A stretch of DNA of 64,000 nucleotides, taken from positions 124,001 to 188,000 of the forward strand of contig NW_027361990.1 of assembly GCF_039654945.1 (NCBI RefSeq). The letters are read 5' to 3'. Shown here piece by piece: positions 1 through 13,985 of the stretch (positions are counted from its first letter, which is position 1; every line of letters starts with the position of its first letter). Origin of the DNA: Dendrobates tinctorius. Taxonomy: Eukaryota. The notes under the pieces were generated by a model. It made no database searches, was not told where the DNA came from, and worked only from the letters and a program-made list of their open reading frames with translations. Position numbers and translations under genes: made by a program.

Positions 1-19
1 CTATAGCATAATGCACTCC

Positions 20-900
20 TGTTACACCGTCCCTGCGTACTCACCCGGCCATCGCTCTCACGCCGCAGCCTCCCGCCGCCCAACATCCACAGAGGGCGCC
101 TCTGGCAGGTCCCCGGTCGGCGGCGTCCCTGCATGCAATGCGCATGCGCCATAGGCCGTGGCCGCGCCTCCCTCCTGCTTCTTGTGCTCCGGCTATGCCC
201 TGACCCGGAAGCACCTCCCTGACCAATGGCAGACCAGACAGGAGCATATCAGGCCGCTTCCCCCTGTGGGAGGTGCCTGATCGTTGTGTTTCCAAGCACA
301 CTGGCCTCGCTGCATCGTGTGCTCTCAGCTACTGCAGTTCTGTTCTTGCCTGCTCTCCACAGCAGCCTCTCCGTCCTGTCTCCGGTGTTCCTGCCATCCT
401 ACTCCAGTCCTGTCTCCAGCGTTCCTGTTCCATCCTGCTCCAGTCCTGCTGTCCTACTCCAGTCCTGCCTCCAGTGTTCCTGTTCCATCCTGCTCCAGTC
501 CTGCTGTCCTACTCCAGTCCTGCCTCCAGTGTTCCTGTTCCATCCTACTCCAGTCCTGCCTCCAGTGTTCCTGGTCCATCCTGCTCCTGTCCTGCCGTCC
601 TACTCCAGTCCTGCCTCCAGTGTTCCTGTTCCATCCTACTCCAGTCCTGCCGTCCTACTCCAGTCCTGCCTCCAGTGTTCTTGTTCCGTCATCTATACTT
701 CTGTCCCACAGTCCTACTCCGGTCCATCCTGAGCCGCCCCTCTCGGTACCGGCTACCGTGGTACTCGAACCCCTGGGCCTGCTCCTAACGGTCCCTGTAT
801 AGGGGTCGGTTCCACCTGGCAGCTCGCCCGGGGCCCCTCGGTGCCACGGCCCAGAGGGTCCACTCCTGGAGTTTCCGGCTCCAGACTACCCACGCTAACA
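20..900. mobile_element. Solo LTR (Gypsy-type), 881 bp, with internal pyrimidine-rich tandem repeats (~380-720)
   Basis: Begins TGTTAC (20) and ends CTAACA (900). Exact 5-bp TSD ACTCC at 15-19 and 901-905. Interrupts the flanking minisatellite. Confidence 0.8.
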
Positions 901-1220
901 ACTCCCCATAGTCCTCCATACAGTATAATGTACTACCCATAGCGTAATGCATCCCATAATCCTCCATATAGAATAATGGACCCTCCTAGTCCTCCTTATA
1001 GAATAAGGCACCCCATAGTCCTCCATATAGTATAATACACTCTCCATAGTCCTTCATATAGTATAATGCACTCCCCATAGTCCTGTATACAGTATAATGG
1101 ATCCCATAGTTCTCCATACAGTATAACACATCCCGTAGTCCTCCATATAGTACAATTCACTCCCCATAGTCATCCATACAGTATAATGCACTCCCTACAG
1201 TCCTCCATACAGTATAATAC
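901..1220. repeat. Diverged ~31-bp minisatellite (ccccatagtcctccatatagtataatgcact-like)
   Basis: About 10 visible copies; the same motif occurs at 1-19 on the other side of the solo LTR. Confidence 0.85.
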
Positions 1221-1916
1221 TGTCACGCACAGTGTGGAAGACTAAGTGGAACAAGAAAGGATGAGGGAAACCCAAATGCTAGGGAATGGGGGAGTGGAGA
1301 CCCCTAGGCTGATTTATTAGCACCCTGCCTACCCTATCGTCCCTCTATTGGTTCCACACCAATCGCCGAGCAGCAAACCTAAGCCCTGTATATCCCTAGA
1401 GTTAGTCACTGAATGGGGAAGGGGGGATAAGCACTGGTCAGTCAACACTCTACACTAAAGACAAGAAGGGAGACAAACAAGGGGGAGAAACTGAGCTAGA
1501 GCAAACTCCAGAGAGGTAACACCAAAGGTCCTCCAAGAGCACCAGGGAGGAAGTAAGTCGACTGCTATAGCTCCAAGCCTACACAAGGGAAAATATGAAT
1601 ATCACCGGTGGCTCCCTGAAGCAGACTGAGAGCTATAAACACCCAGGTCCTGGTGTGTCAATTAAAGCTGGAGGGACGTTGCCACTGGGCCCAAAAGTCA
1701 GAAAGATTAAGTCTGCAATGCCAAATGCATTGACCTTCTGCAGCCAGATGCAGAGCGACTGTCTGTTGCATCTGACACACCTGTGACAGTACTCCCCTTC
1801 TACGAGGGCCTCTGAACACTCAGGACCAGGTTTCTCAGGATAAGAGGTATGGAATGAATGAACCAGCCTGTGAGTATTCACCTCTGGGCCACAACCCTTC
1901 CAGTGCACCAAGTATT
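1221..1916 (-). mobile_element. 3' LTR (1221-1788), PPT and chromodomain end of a chromoviral Gypsy retrotransposon
   Basis: TGTCAC...GTGACA termini. On the minus strand purine-rich GAAGGGGAGTAC abuts the LTR. Minus ORF reads YLVHWKGCGPE...LVHSFHTSYPEKPGP (chromodomain-like). Confidence 0.75.
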
Positions 1917-2908
1917 TATCATGCGGTTACTGCTAGGGTAGAGCCAGATGACCGTAGCGTGCGATTTCTCCTACTCCGACGCTGAGAAGCACTTCTTCAT
2001 TTTAAATATGTTTATTCCTTCTGGCAGATCAGGGGTTAATCAGCCATGTTGGAAATCTCCGTGCTCACAGCTATGCTCGGTTTGCCACTCCTTTCCCCTT
2101 TATAATCTTGGCTCTGTTAAAAATCCTTGTCAGATCTAGCATTTACTGCATGACTAATGATGGGAGAGGCGTTCATAGGAGAAGGAGAGTTGGAGGAGTC
2201 ATCTGTGACTGTTGTTTTGATTGTATGTTTAGTAATTCCCTATCCTTCTCTATTTTGGTTTATTCCCCTACCTTCACACCCCAGTGCATTTTTCTGTTAC
2301 ATGTGAGTGAATATTTTGTATGCCTGGAGTTTTCTGTTTGTGTTGCCTTGTTTGTCAGGTTGGTGTACTGCTGTGTACAGTAGCGTCCCTCATTCCTGGG
2401 TGGGGGAAGAGAACAGATGGAGGGCTAACTCAGGAGATAAGGCAAGGGTGGAGGCTCCGGCATCTTCACCTTCAGAAGTATCCCGTAGAATAGGGCAAGC
2501 TCGGGCGCCCCGTAGTGTTAGGAACAGGGAAGGAGCCCCTGGTCACGGGTCACCCGACAGCTGTGTCGTGACATTAGCTCTGGCAGTAACCTTTTTTCTG
2601 ATCCATTATGGATCCAATCGCTGCTCTGACAGGTCAACTGCGGCAGCTCAGTCTGGAGGTGACAGATTTACACATGGTGGTTTTGCAGCACCCTAATACA
2701 TCTGGTGTGGGAATCTCATCTCCCACCTTAGTGGAGCCCAAGATCGCTTTGCCTGATAGGTTCTCTGGGGGGTGTGACAAGTTTGCTGTGTTCCGGGAGC
2801 TCACCTTCAGAAGTATCCCAGAGAATAGGGAAAGCTACGGCGCCCCATAGTGTTAGGGACAGGGAAGGAACCTCTGGTCCCGTGCCACCAGACAGCTGTG
2901 TTGTGACA
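1917..2908 (+). mobile_element. Internally deleted Gypsy element (LTR - gag start - partial LTR) nested in the chromodomain of the minus-strand element
   Basis: LTR ends GTGACA at ~2572. Gag-like start MDPIAALTGQL...EPKIALPDRFSGG at 2608. 2800-2908 duplicates the LTR end ~2466-2572. Degenerate TSD GTATT/GTGCT. Confidence 0.65.
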
Positions 2909-3670
2909 GTGCTGTAGGGAACAACATTGGAGGCAAGAATCTACAATCCTTGAAATCTGAAACTATAGATTACCATTAACCATTATTGGGGGTGGCAGTA
3001 GGGGTGAGGACTCTAGAGGTTCCACATATTTCTTAAGCAGAGACCTGTGAAAGACATTGTGGATCTTAAGGGTCTGGGGTAGCTCAAGACGAAATGTTGT
3101 TGGGTTAATGACGGTGGTTATGTTATAGGGACCAATAAATGTAGGACCAAACTTCCAGGAAGGAACCTCCAACTTGATATTTCTGGTAGACAACCACACA
3201 AAGTCATTCACATTCAGATCTGGACCTGGCGTTTTCTGTCAGTCATATGTTTGTATCTGTCTCCCATGACCTTCAAATTACTCATTCGACTGGGGATGGA
3301 AGGCACAGGAAAAGGACAGCTGCACCCCCCAGTCGAGAACAGAATGCCCTCCAGAGCTTGGAAACTAAAATTGGGTCCCCCAATCTGACACCACATCAGA
3401 GGGAACTCCGTGAAGTTTCACGATCTCATTTATAAACAGCAGAGCAACAGTCTTGGCATTCGGAAGTGCCGGTAATGCAACGAAACGGACCATTTTACTG
3501 AACCTATCTACAACCTCCAAAATCACAGTCTTGTCTGTAGATACCTGTAGGTCAATGATAAAATCCATGGACAAGTGCGTCCGTGGTCTACTAGGAATGG
3601 GTAGTAGAAGAAGAGTACCAGATGGACAGGTACTGTATGTGCTAACTTTGAATGAGCGCAGATACCACAA
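2909..3670 (-). pseudogene. Degenerate Gypsy (Tf2/Sushi-like) integrase and start of chromodomain
   Basis: Minus-strand fragments LSMDFIIDL, VVDRFSKMV, HGVPSDVVSDWGTQF, FIGPY (GPY/F), IHNVFHRSLLK, PPPIMV. Contains frameshifts and stops. Confidence 0.9.
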
Positions 3671-4083
3671 TTAACTTTGCTGCTAATGTAAAATGCAGCG
3701 TTTCCTACCCTTGAAAAACGTGTGGCAAAAATGCAGCGTATGAATAAGAGCTTTGACTATGGCGACTTTTGACTCGTCTTGATGTGAGGCACTATACACT
3801 TTAGATGCGCAGTCCGTCCAGCAGGTTTGGATGATAATAATCCAACGTGTACGGCACCATCAGGACCAGGCGGCCAGTTATCGGGGCATGGATCCTGGCT
3901 CTGATATTCCCATCCGTGACATTTACTGATATGATAAGGGACAGTGGACCTGGGATGTGGTTACAGTAACAGTACAGATCCGCTGACGTAACGACTGCCA
4001 GAAATCATACAATAAAAGTGTCGGCATAAGACCGATGTGACCGACGGGGTAATAAATCTGAGATCTGCTCTCACTTCTGCTAC

Positions 4084-4110
4084 AGATAAGGGAGAGCTGT
4101 ACATATACAA
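4084..4110 (+). promoter_or_regulatory. Putative promoter of the Kazal gene (GATA site AGATAA and TATA-like CATATACAA)
   Basis: Motifs lie about 35-60 bp upstream of the ATG at 4142; motif match only. Confidence 0.3.
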
Positions 4111-4141
4111 CCGGTGCCGTACGGCTGCAGAGCGGAGCACA

Positions 4142-4187
4142 ATGTATACCGTCCTACTGAGAGCTCTGATCCTCGGCCTGGTGGCAG
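4142..4187 (+). CDS. Kazal/SPINK-like inhibitor exon 1 (signal peptide MYTVLLRALILGLVA-G)
   Basis: ATG followed by a hydrophobic stretch. Strong donor CAG|GTAAGA in phase 1, compatible with the next exon. Confidence 0.75.
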
Positions 4188-7100
4188 GTAAGAGACGGTG
4201 AACATGGAAGGGCGTGCATGTGATATATTAACCAGAAATATACAGATTGCGGTATACAGAGTGCATTGTATAGACTGCGATACACACACTGCGATATATA
4301 GGCTGCGGTATACAGACTGTGGTGTACAGACTGCGATACACACACTCCTATATACAGAGCGTGATATACAGACTGTGATATACACACTCCTATATACAGA
4401 GTGTGGTATACAGAGGGCAATATACACACTTCTATATACAGAGTGCAATATACACACTTCTATATACAGAGTGTGATATACAGAGTGCAATATACACACT
4501 CCTATATACAGAGTGTGACATACAGAGTGCAATATACACACTTCTATATACAGAGTGTGGTATACAGACTGCAATATACACACTTCTATATACAGAGTGT
4601 GGTATACAGAGTGCAATATACACACTCCTATATACAGTGTGATATACAGAGTGCAATATACACACTTCTATATACAGAGTGTGATATACAGACTGCGATA
4701 TACACACTCCTATATACAGAGTGTGATATACAGACTGCAACATACACACTCCTATATACAGAGTGTGGTATACAGAGTGCAATATACACACTTCTATATA
4801 CAGAGTGTGATATACAGAGTGCAATATACACACTTCTATATACAGAGTGTGACATACAGACTGCAATATACACACTTCTATATACAGAGTGTGGTATACA
4901 GAGTGCAATATACACACTCCTATATACAGAGTGTGGTATACAGAGTGCAATATACACACTTCTATATACAGAGTGCAATATACACACTCCTATATACAGA
5001 GTGTGGTATACAGAGTGCAATATACACACTCCTATATACAGAGTGTGGTATACAGAGTGCAATATACACACTTCTATATACAGAGTGTGATATACAGAGT
5101 GCAATATACACACTCCTATATACAGAGTGTGGTATACAGAGTGCAATATACACACTTCTATATACAGAGTGTGATATACAGAGTGCAATATACACACTTC
5201 TATATACAGAGTGTGACATACAGACTGCAATATACACACTCCTATATACAGAGTGTGGTATACAGAGTGCAATATACACACTTCTATATACAGAGTGTGA
5301 TATACAGACTGCGATATACACACTCCTATATACAGAGTGTGATATACAGACTGCAACATACACACTCCTATATACAGAGTGTGGTATACAGAGTGCAATA
5401 TACACACTTCTATATACAGAGTGTGATATACAGAGTGCAATATACACACTCCTATATACAGAGTGTGGTATACAGACTGCAATATACACACTTCTATATA
5501 CAGAGTGTGGTATACAGAGTGCAATATACACACTCCTATATACAGAGTGTGGTATACAGAGTGCAATATACACACTTCTATATACAGAGTGCAATATACA
5601 CACTCCTATATACAGAGTGTGGTATACAGAGTGCAATATACACACTCCTATATACAGAGTGTGGTATACAGAGTGCAATATACACACTTCTATATACAGA
5701 GTGTGATATACAGAGTGCAATATACACACTCCTATATACAGAGTGTGGTATACAGAGTGCAATATACACACTTCTATATACAGAGTGTGATATACAGAGT
5801 GCAATATACACACTTCTATATACAGAGTGTGACATACAGACTGCAATATACACACTCCTATATACAGAGTGTGGTATACAGAGTGCAATATACACACTTC
5901 TATATACAGAGTGTGATATACAGAGTGCAATATACACACTCCTATATACAGAGTGTGGTATACAGACTGCAATATACACACTTCTATATACAGAGTGTGG
6001 TATACAGAGTGCAATATACACACTCCTATATACAGAGTGTGGTATACAGAGTGCAATATACACACTTCTATATACAGAGTGCAATATACACACTCCTATA
6101 TACAGAGTGTGGTATACAGAGTGCAATATACACACTCCTATATACAGAGTGTGGTATACAGAGTGCAATATATATACTCCTATATACAGAGTGTGATATA
6201 CAGACTGCGACATACACACTCCTATATACAGAGTGTGGTATACAGAGTGCAATATACACACTTCTAAATACAGAGTGTGATATACAGACTGCGACATACA
6301 CACTCCTATATACAGAGTGTAATATGCACACTCCTATATACAGAGTGTGATATACAGAGTGCAATATACACACTTGTATATACAGAGTGGGATATACAGA
6401 CTGCGACAAACACACTCCTATATACAGAGTGTGGTATACAGAGTGCAATATACACACTTCTATATACAGAGTGCAATATACACACTCCTATATACAGAGT
6501 GTGGTATACAGAGTGCAATATACACACTCCTATATACAGAGTGTGGTATACAGAGTGCAATATACACACTTCTAAATACAGAGTGTGATATACAGACTGC
6601 GACATACACACTCCTATATACAGAGTGTGATATACAGAGTGCAATATACACACTTCTATATATAGAGTGTGGTATACAGAGTGCAATATACACACTCCTA
6701 TATACAGAGTGTGGTATACAGAGTGCAATATACACACTCCTATATACAGAGTGTGGTATACAGAGTGCAATATACACACTTCTATATACAGAGTGTGATA
6801 TACATACTGCGACATACACACTCCTATATACAGAGTGTAATATACACACTTCTATATACAGAGTGCAATATACACACTCCTATATACAGAGTGTGACATA
6901 GAGACTGCGATATACACACTCCTATATACAGAGTGTGATATACAGAGTGCAATATACACACTTCTATATACAGAGTGTGATATACAGAGTGCAATATACA
7001 CACTCCTAAATACAGAGTGTGGTATACAGACTGCAATATACACACTTCTATATACAGAGTGCAATATACACACTTCTATATACAGAGTGTGATATACAGA

Positions 7101-10100
7101 GTGCAATATACACACTTCTATATATAGAGTGTGGTATACAGAGTGCAATATACACACTTCTATATAGAGTGTGGTATACAGACTGCAATATACACACTCC
7201 TATATACAGAGTGTGGTATACAGAGTGCAATATACACACTTCTATATACAGAGTGTGATATACAGAGTGCAATATACACACTCCTATATACAGAGTGTGG
7301 TATACAGAGTGCAATATACACACTTCTATATACAGAGTGTGATATACAGAGTGCAATATACACACTTCTATATACAGAGTGTGACATACAGACTGCAATA
7401 TACACACTCCTATATACAGAGTGTGGTATACAGAGTGCAATATACACACTTCTATATACAGAGTGTGATATACAGAGTGCAATATACACACTCCTATATA
7501 CAGAGTGTGGTATACAGACTGCAATATACACACTTCTATATACAGAGTGTGGTATACAGAGTGCAATATACACACTTCTATATACAGAGTGCAATATACA
7601 CACTCCTATATACAGAGTGTGGTATACAGAGTGCAATATACACACTCCTATATACAGAGTGTGGTATACAGAGTGCAATATATATACTCCTATATACAGA
7701 GTGTGATATACAGACTGCGACATACACACTCCTATATACAGAGTGTGGTATACAGAGTGCAATATACACACTTCTAAATACAGAGTGTGATATACAGACT
7801 GCGACATACACACTCCTATATACAGAGTGTAATATGCACACTCCTATATACAGAGTGTGATATACAGAGTGCAATATACACACTTGTATATACAGAGTGG
7901 GATATACAGACTGCGACAAACACACTCCTATATACAGAGTGTGGTATACAGAGTGCAATATACACACTTCTATATACAGAGTGCAATATACACACTCCTA
8001 TATACAGAGTGTGGTATACAGAGTGCAATATACACACTCCTATATACAGAGTGTGGTATACAGAGTGCAATATACACACTTCTAAATACAGAGTGTGATA
8101 TACAGACTGCGACATACACACTCCTATATACAGAGTGTGATATACAGAGTGCAATATACACACTTCTATATATAGAGTGTGGTATACAGAGTGCAATATA
8201 CACACTCCTATATACAGAGTGTGGTACACAGAGTGCAATATACACACTGCTATATACAGAGTGTGGTACACAGAGTGCAATATACACACTTCTATATATT
8301 GAGTGTGGTATACAGAGTGCAATATATACACTCCTATATTCAGAGTGTGGTATACAGAGTGCAATATACACACTCCTATATACAGAGTGTGGTATACAGA
8401 GTGCAATATACACACTTCTATATACAGAGTGTGATATACATACTGCGACATACACACTCCTATATACAGAGTGTAATATACACACTTCTATATACAGAGT
8501 GCAATATACACACTCCTATATACAGAGTGTGACATAGAGACTGCGATATACACACTCCTATATACAGAGTGTGATATACAGAGTGCAATATACACACTTC
8601 TATATACAGAGTGTGATATACAGAGTGCAATATACACACTCCTATATACAGAGTGTGGTATACAGACTGCAATATACACACTTCTATATACAGAGTGCAA
8701 TATACACACTTCTATATACAGAGTGTGATATACAGAGTGCAATATACACACTTCTATATATAGAGTGTGGTATACAGAGTGCAATATACACACTTCTATA
8801 TAGAGTGTGGTATACAGACTGCAATATACACACTCCTATATACAGAGTGTGGTATACAGACTGCAATATACTCACTCCTATATACAGAGTGTGGTATACA
8901 GACTGCAATATACACACTCCTATATACAGAGTGTGGTATACAGAGTGCAATATACACACTTCTATATACAGAGTGTGGTATAGAGACTGCGACATACACA
9001 CTTCTATATACAGAGTTTGATATACAGACTGCAACATACACACTCCTTTATACAGAGTGTGATATACAGAGTGCAATATACACACTCCTATATACAGAGT
9101 GCAATATACACACTTCTATATACAGAGTGCAATATACACACTTCTATATACAGAGTTTGATATACAGACTGCAACATACACACTTCTATATATAGAGTGT
9201 GGTATACAGAGTGCAATATACACACTTCTATATACAGAGTGCAATATACACACTTCTATATACAGAGTTTGATATACAGACTGCAACATACACACTCCTT
9301 CATACAGAGTGTGATATACAGAGTGCAATATACACACTCCTATATACAGAGTGTGATATACAGAGTGCAATATACACACTCCTATATACAGAGTGTGGTA
9401 TACAGAGTGCAATATACACACTTCTATATACAGAGTGTGATATACAGAGTGCAATATACACACTTCTATATACAGAGTGCAATATACACACTTCTATATA
9501 CAGAGTTTGATATACAGACTGCAACATACACACTCCTATATACAGAGTTTGATATACAGACTGCAACATACACACTCCTTCATACAGAGTGTGATATACA
9601 GAGTGCAATATACACACTCCTATATACAGAGTGTGATATACAGAGTGCAATATACACACTTCTATATACAGAGTTTGATATACAGAGTGCAATATACACA
9701 CTTCTATATACAGAGTTTGATATACAGAGTGCAATATACACACTTCTTTATACAGAGTGCAATATACACACTTCTATATACAGAGTGTGGTATACAGACT
9801 GCGACATACACACTTCTATATACAGAGTGCAATATACACACTTCTATATACAGAGTTTGATATACAGAGTGCAATATACACACTTCTATATACAGAGTGT
9901 GGTATACAGACTGCGACATACACACTTCTATATACAGAGTGCAATATACACACTTCTATATACAGAGTTTGATATACAGAGTGCAATATACACACTTCTA
10001 TATACAGAGTGTGATATACAGAGCGCAATATACACACTTCTATATACAGAGTGCAATATACACACTTCTATATACAGAGTGTGGTATACAGACTGCAAAA

Positions 10101-10346
10101 TACACACTTCTATATACAGAGTGCAATATACACACTTCTATATACAGAGTTTGATATATAGAGTGCAATATACACACTTCTATATACAGAGTTTGATATA
10201 CAGAGTGCAATATACACACTTCTATTTACAGAGTGTGATATACAGAGTGCAATATACACACTTCTATATACAGAGTTTGATATACAGACTGAAAAATACA
10301 CACTTCTATATACAGAGTGGGATATACAGACTGCGACATACACACT

Positions 10347-11090
10347 TGTTATGAATGAGTCACCGTAGGAGGCAAATCAGAAATACTAGCTAAGTCGAGA
10401 AAACCAGAGAAGTTGGCAGCTATCGGATTGCAGACCACTGAACCTATCAACAACAACTAGCAGTAGCCGTGGGGGGTTCCTACGGTGCCCTAGACCCCTC
10501 GATCACAGCCGGAGAACTATATAGCCTAAAGACAGAAATCTAAACTGCCCCAGAGCAGACCCCAAAGCAATAGGCAGCCCCCAACATATAATGACGGTGA
10601 AGCAAGAAGAAAAAACACTCACACAGATAGAAAGATAGGCTGAGCAAATGATGGGGCCCAAGCTAACTAAATAGGACAGGATAGAAAAGCTGCTGTCTGC
10701 AATCCGCCAAAACTCTATCAAAACAAGAGCCAACAGACTGATAGGGAAAAAAGCTCTGAAGACGCTAGGCTTCAAAAAGACTATATCAGTACTCAGGTAT
10801 TTTCTGAAGACAGAGCAAAAAGGAATTCAGCTCACCCCAGCAGGGAATGGCAGAAATCCAGAAAAACAAGGCAAAACAAAACCAAAACACAAATGCTAAA
10901 AGCAGAGCAGAAAACTTAGCTTTTGAGGAGCAGGAATCAGACTGGTCTCCTAGAATCCCTCTGAGAAATCACCAGCAAGGCAGAAGGGCGTCAGCTGCCT
11001 TATATCCAGTCAGCAATTCCAGTCACCCAGTCATCATCATCCCGCTCAGGTGCTTGGTAATCAGCCTCACTACCTTCCTTCACCAGAAAG
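10347..11090. mobile_element. Truncated LTR (same family as 25242-26154)
   Basis: Starts TGTTATGAATG and is colinear with 25242 onward (ggattgcagacc, aactgccccagagcagacccc, ggctgagcaaa..atggggccc). Confidence 0.75.
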
Positions 11091-11310
11091 GAAAAATACA
11101 GGGCGCATCCACTGTGTAAAATCCGTATAAAAAAACACATTAACAGAGAAAAAGGAAGGTGCTCACCTATTGGGGTTGTGAGAAAGTCACAACACCCATA
11201 AACGCATGAGAAGCAGCAGCAAGTCTGCACAGGGTCCTAGGACAAATTTGCAAAAACGGCGTGAAAGTGCAATGAGGACTGCGCTTGCTTCTGGTGGAGT
11301 ACAAAGTTCT

Positions 11311-11365
11311 TTATTCAGCCAACGCGTTTCCTGAGCCTACTGGCTCACTTCATCAGGGCAGCTGC
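11311..11365 (-). ncRNA. Minimal hammerhead ribozyme motif in a Penelope-like element fragment (~11110-11365)
   Basis: Minus strand reads GCC-CTGATGA-AG-TGAGCC-AGTA-GGCTCA-G-GAAAC-GC-GTT-GGC, followed by AATAAA. Confidence 0.65.
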
Positions 11366-11956
11366 AAATGTAATTCTAGGATGTATTAACAGAAGCATAC
11401 AGTCTAGATCACGTGAAGTCATTATTTCCCTCTACTCCTCTTTGGTCAGACCTCATCTGGAATATTGTGTCCAGTTTTGGGCACCACATTTTAAAAAAAA
11501 CATCAACAAACTGGAGCAAGTTCAGAAAAGAGCAACCAGAATGGTGACCGGTCTGCATACCATGTCTTATGAGGAAAGGTTGCAGGATTTGGGAATGTTT
11601 AGTTTGCAAATGAGAAGACTGAGAGGAGACTTAATAGCTGTCTACAAATATCTTAAGGGCTGTCACATTGTAGAAGGATCAACTTTATTCTCATTTGCAC
11701 AAGGAAAGACTAGAAGCAATGGGATGAAACTGAATGGGAGGAGACACAGATTAGATATTAGAAAAAACTTTTTGACAGAGTGATCAATGAGTGGAACAAG
11801 CTGCCACGAGAAGTGTTGAGTTCTCCTTCAATGGAAGTCTTCAAACAGAGGCTGGACAGACATCTGACTGGGATGATTTAGCGAATCCTGCTTTGAGCAG
11901 GGGGTTGGACCAGATGGCCCAGGAGGTCCCTTTCTACGATTCTATGATTCTATGAT
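11366..11956 (+). mobile_element. 5'-truncated CR1 LINE 3' end
   Basis: ORF2 C-terminus LVRPHLEYCVQFWAP...LEQVQKRATRM...RRLRGDLIAVYKYLKG, then the (ATTCTATG)n tail typical of CR1. Confidence 0.92.
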
Positions 11957-13947
11957 ACAGAGTGTGATATACAGACTGCGACATACACACTCCTATATAC
12001 AGAGTGTGATATACAGAGTGCAATATACACACTCCTATATACAGAGTGTGGTATACAGACTGCGACATACACACTCCTATATACAGAGTGCAATATACAC
12101 ACTCCTATATACAGTGTGATATACAGAGTGCAATATACACACATCTATATACAGAGTGTGATATACAGACTGCGACATACACACTTCTATATACAGAGTG
12201 TGATATACAGAGTGCAATATACACACTCCTATATACAGAGTGTGATATACAGAGTGCAATATACACACTTCTACATACAGAGTTTGATATACAGAGTGCA
12301 ATATACACACTCCTATATACAGAGTGTGGTATACAGACTGCGATATACAGACTCCTATATACAGAGTGGGGTATACTGACTGCGATATACAGACTCCTAT
12401 ATACAGTGTGTGACATACAGACTGCGATATACACACTCCTATATACAGAGTGCAATATACACACTTCTATATACAGAGTGCGATATACAGACTGTGGTAT
12501 ACAGAGAGGGATACGCAGAGAGCGATATACAGACTGCGCTAAACAGACTGTGGTATACAGGCTGTGCTATACAGAGTGAGCTATACAGACTGGTATACAG
12601 ACTTTGATATACAGACTGCAGTATACAGACTGCGATATACAGACTGTGATGTACAGACTGCGATATACAGACTGCGATATACAGACTGTGATATACAAGC
12701 TGCGATTTACAGAGTGCGATATACAGACTGCGATATAGAGTGCGATATACAGACTGTGATATATAGACTGCGGTATACAAGCTGCGATATACAGACTGGT
12801 ATACAGACTTTGATATACAGACTGCAGTATACAGACTGCGATATACAGACTGTGATGTACAGACTGCGATATACAGACTGCGATATACAGACTGCGATAT
12901 ACAGACTGTGATATACAAGCTCCGATATACAGAGTGCAATATACAGACTGTGATATAGAGTGCGATATACAGACTGTGATATATAGACTGCGGTATACAA
13001 GCTGCGATATACAGACTGCGATATACAGACTGATATAGAGTGCGATATATTGACTGCGATATACAGACTGTGATGTACAGACTGCGATATACAGACTGTG
13101 ATGTACAGACTGCGATATACAGACTGCGATATACAGACTGCGATATACAGACTGTGATGTACAGACTGCGATGTACAGACTGCGATATACAGACTGCGAT
13201 ATACAAGCTCCGATATACAGAGTGCAATATACAGACTGTGATATAGAGTGCGATATACAGACTGTGATATATAGACTGCGGTATACAAGCTGCGATATAC
13301 AGACTGCGATATACAGACTGTGATATAGAGTGCGATATATTGACTGCGATATACAGACTGTGATGTACAGACTGCGATATACAGACTGTGATGTACAGAC
13401 TGTGATGTACAGACTGCGATATACAGACTGTGATGTACAGACTGCGATATACAGACTGCGATATACAGACTGCGATATACAGACTGCGATATACAGACTG
13501 TGATGTACAGACTGCGATATACAGACTACGATATACAGACTGCGATATACAGACTGTGATGTACAGACTGCGATATACAGACTGCGATATACAAGCTGCG
13601 ATTTACAGAGTGCGATATACAGACTGGCAATATACAGACTGCGATATAAAGACTGTGATATACAGACTGCGGTATACAGACTACGATATACAGACTGCGA
13701 TATACAGACTGTGATGTACAGACTGCGATATACAGACTGCGATATACAAGCTGCGATATACAGAGCGCGATATACAGACTGTGATATAGAGTGCGATATA
13801 AAGACTGTGATATACAGACTGCGGTATACAAGCTGCGATATACAGACTGCGATATACAGACTGTGATATAAAGTGCGATATATTGACTGTGATATACAGA
13901 CTGCGATAACACAGTGCGATATTCTGCCTGTAATTTTCTGCTTGCAG

Positions 13948-13985
13948 GCATCGTGATAGCAGCACCAAACATGAAGACATGGGAG
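13948..13985 (+). CDS. Kazal/SPINK-like inhibitor exon 2 (GIVIAAPNMKTWE)
   Basis: Acceptor ttttctgcttgcAG and donor GAG|GTAAGA. 38 nt, phase 1 to 0, like the short exon 2 of SPINK genes. Confidence 0.75.

Larger units (their letters stand above)
4250..13910. repeat. Large intronic satellite: 14-bp monomer (tatacagactgcga-like) with a 42-bp 3-mer higher-order core, interrupted at 10347-11956
   Basis: Core unit tatacagagtgtgg-tatacagagtgcaa-tatacacactccta. Flanks (4250-4390, 12480-13910) are simple 14-mers. Produces all the YTECNIHT/CILHSVY ORFs. Confidence 0.97.

Noticed and set aside
226-802. Cys/Pro/Ser-rich ORFs resembling keratin-associated proteins
   Set aside because: Three-frame ORFs from tandem repeats inside a TSD-flanked solo LTR.
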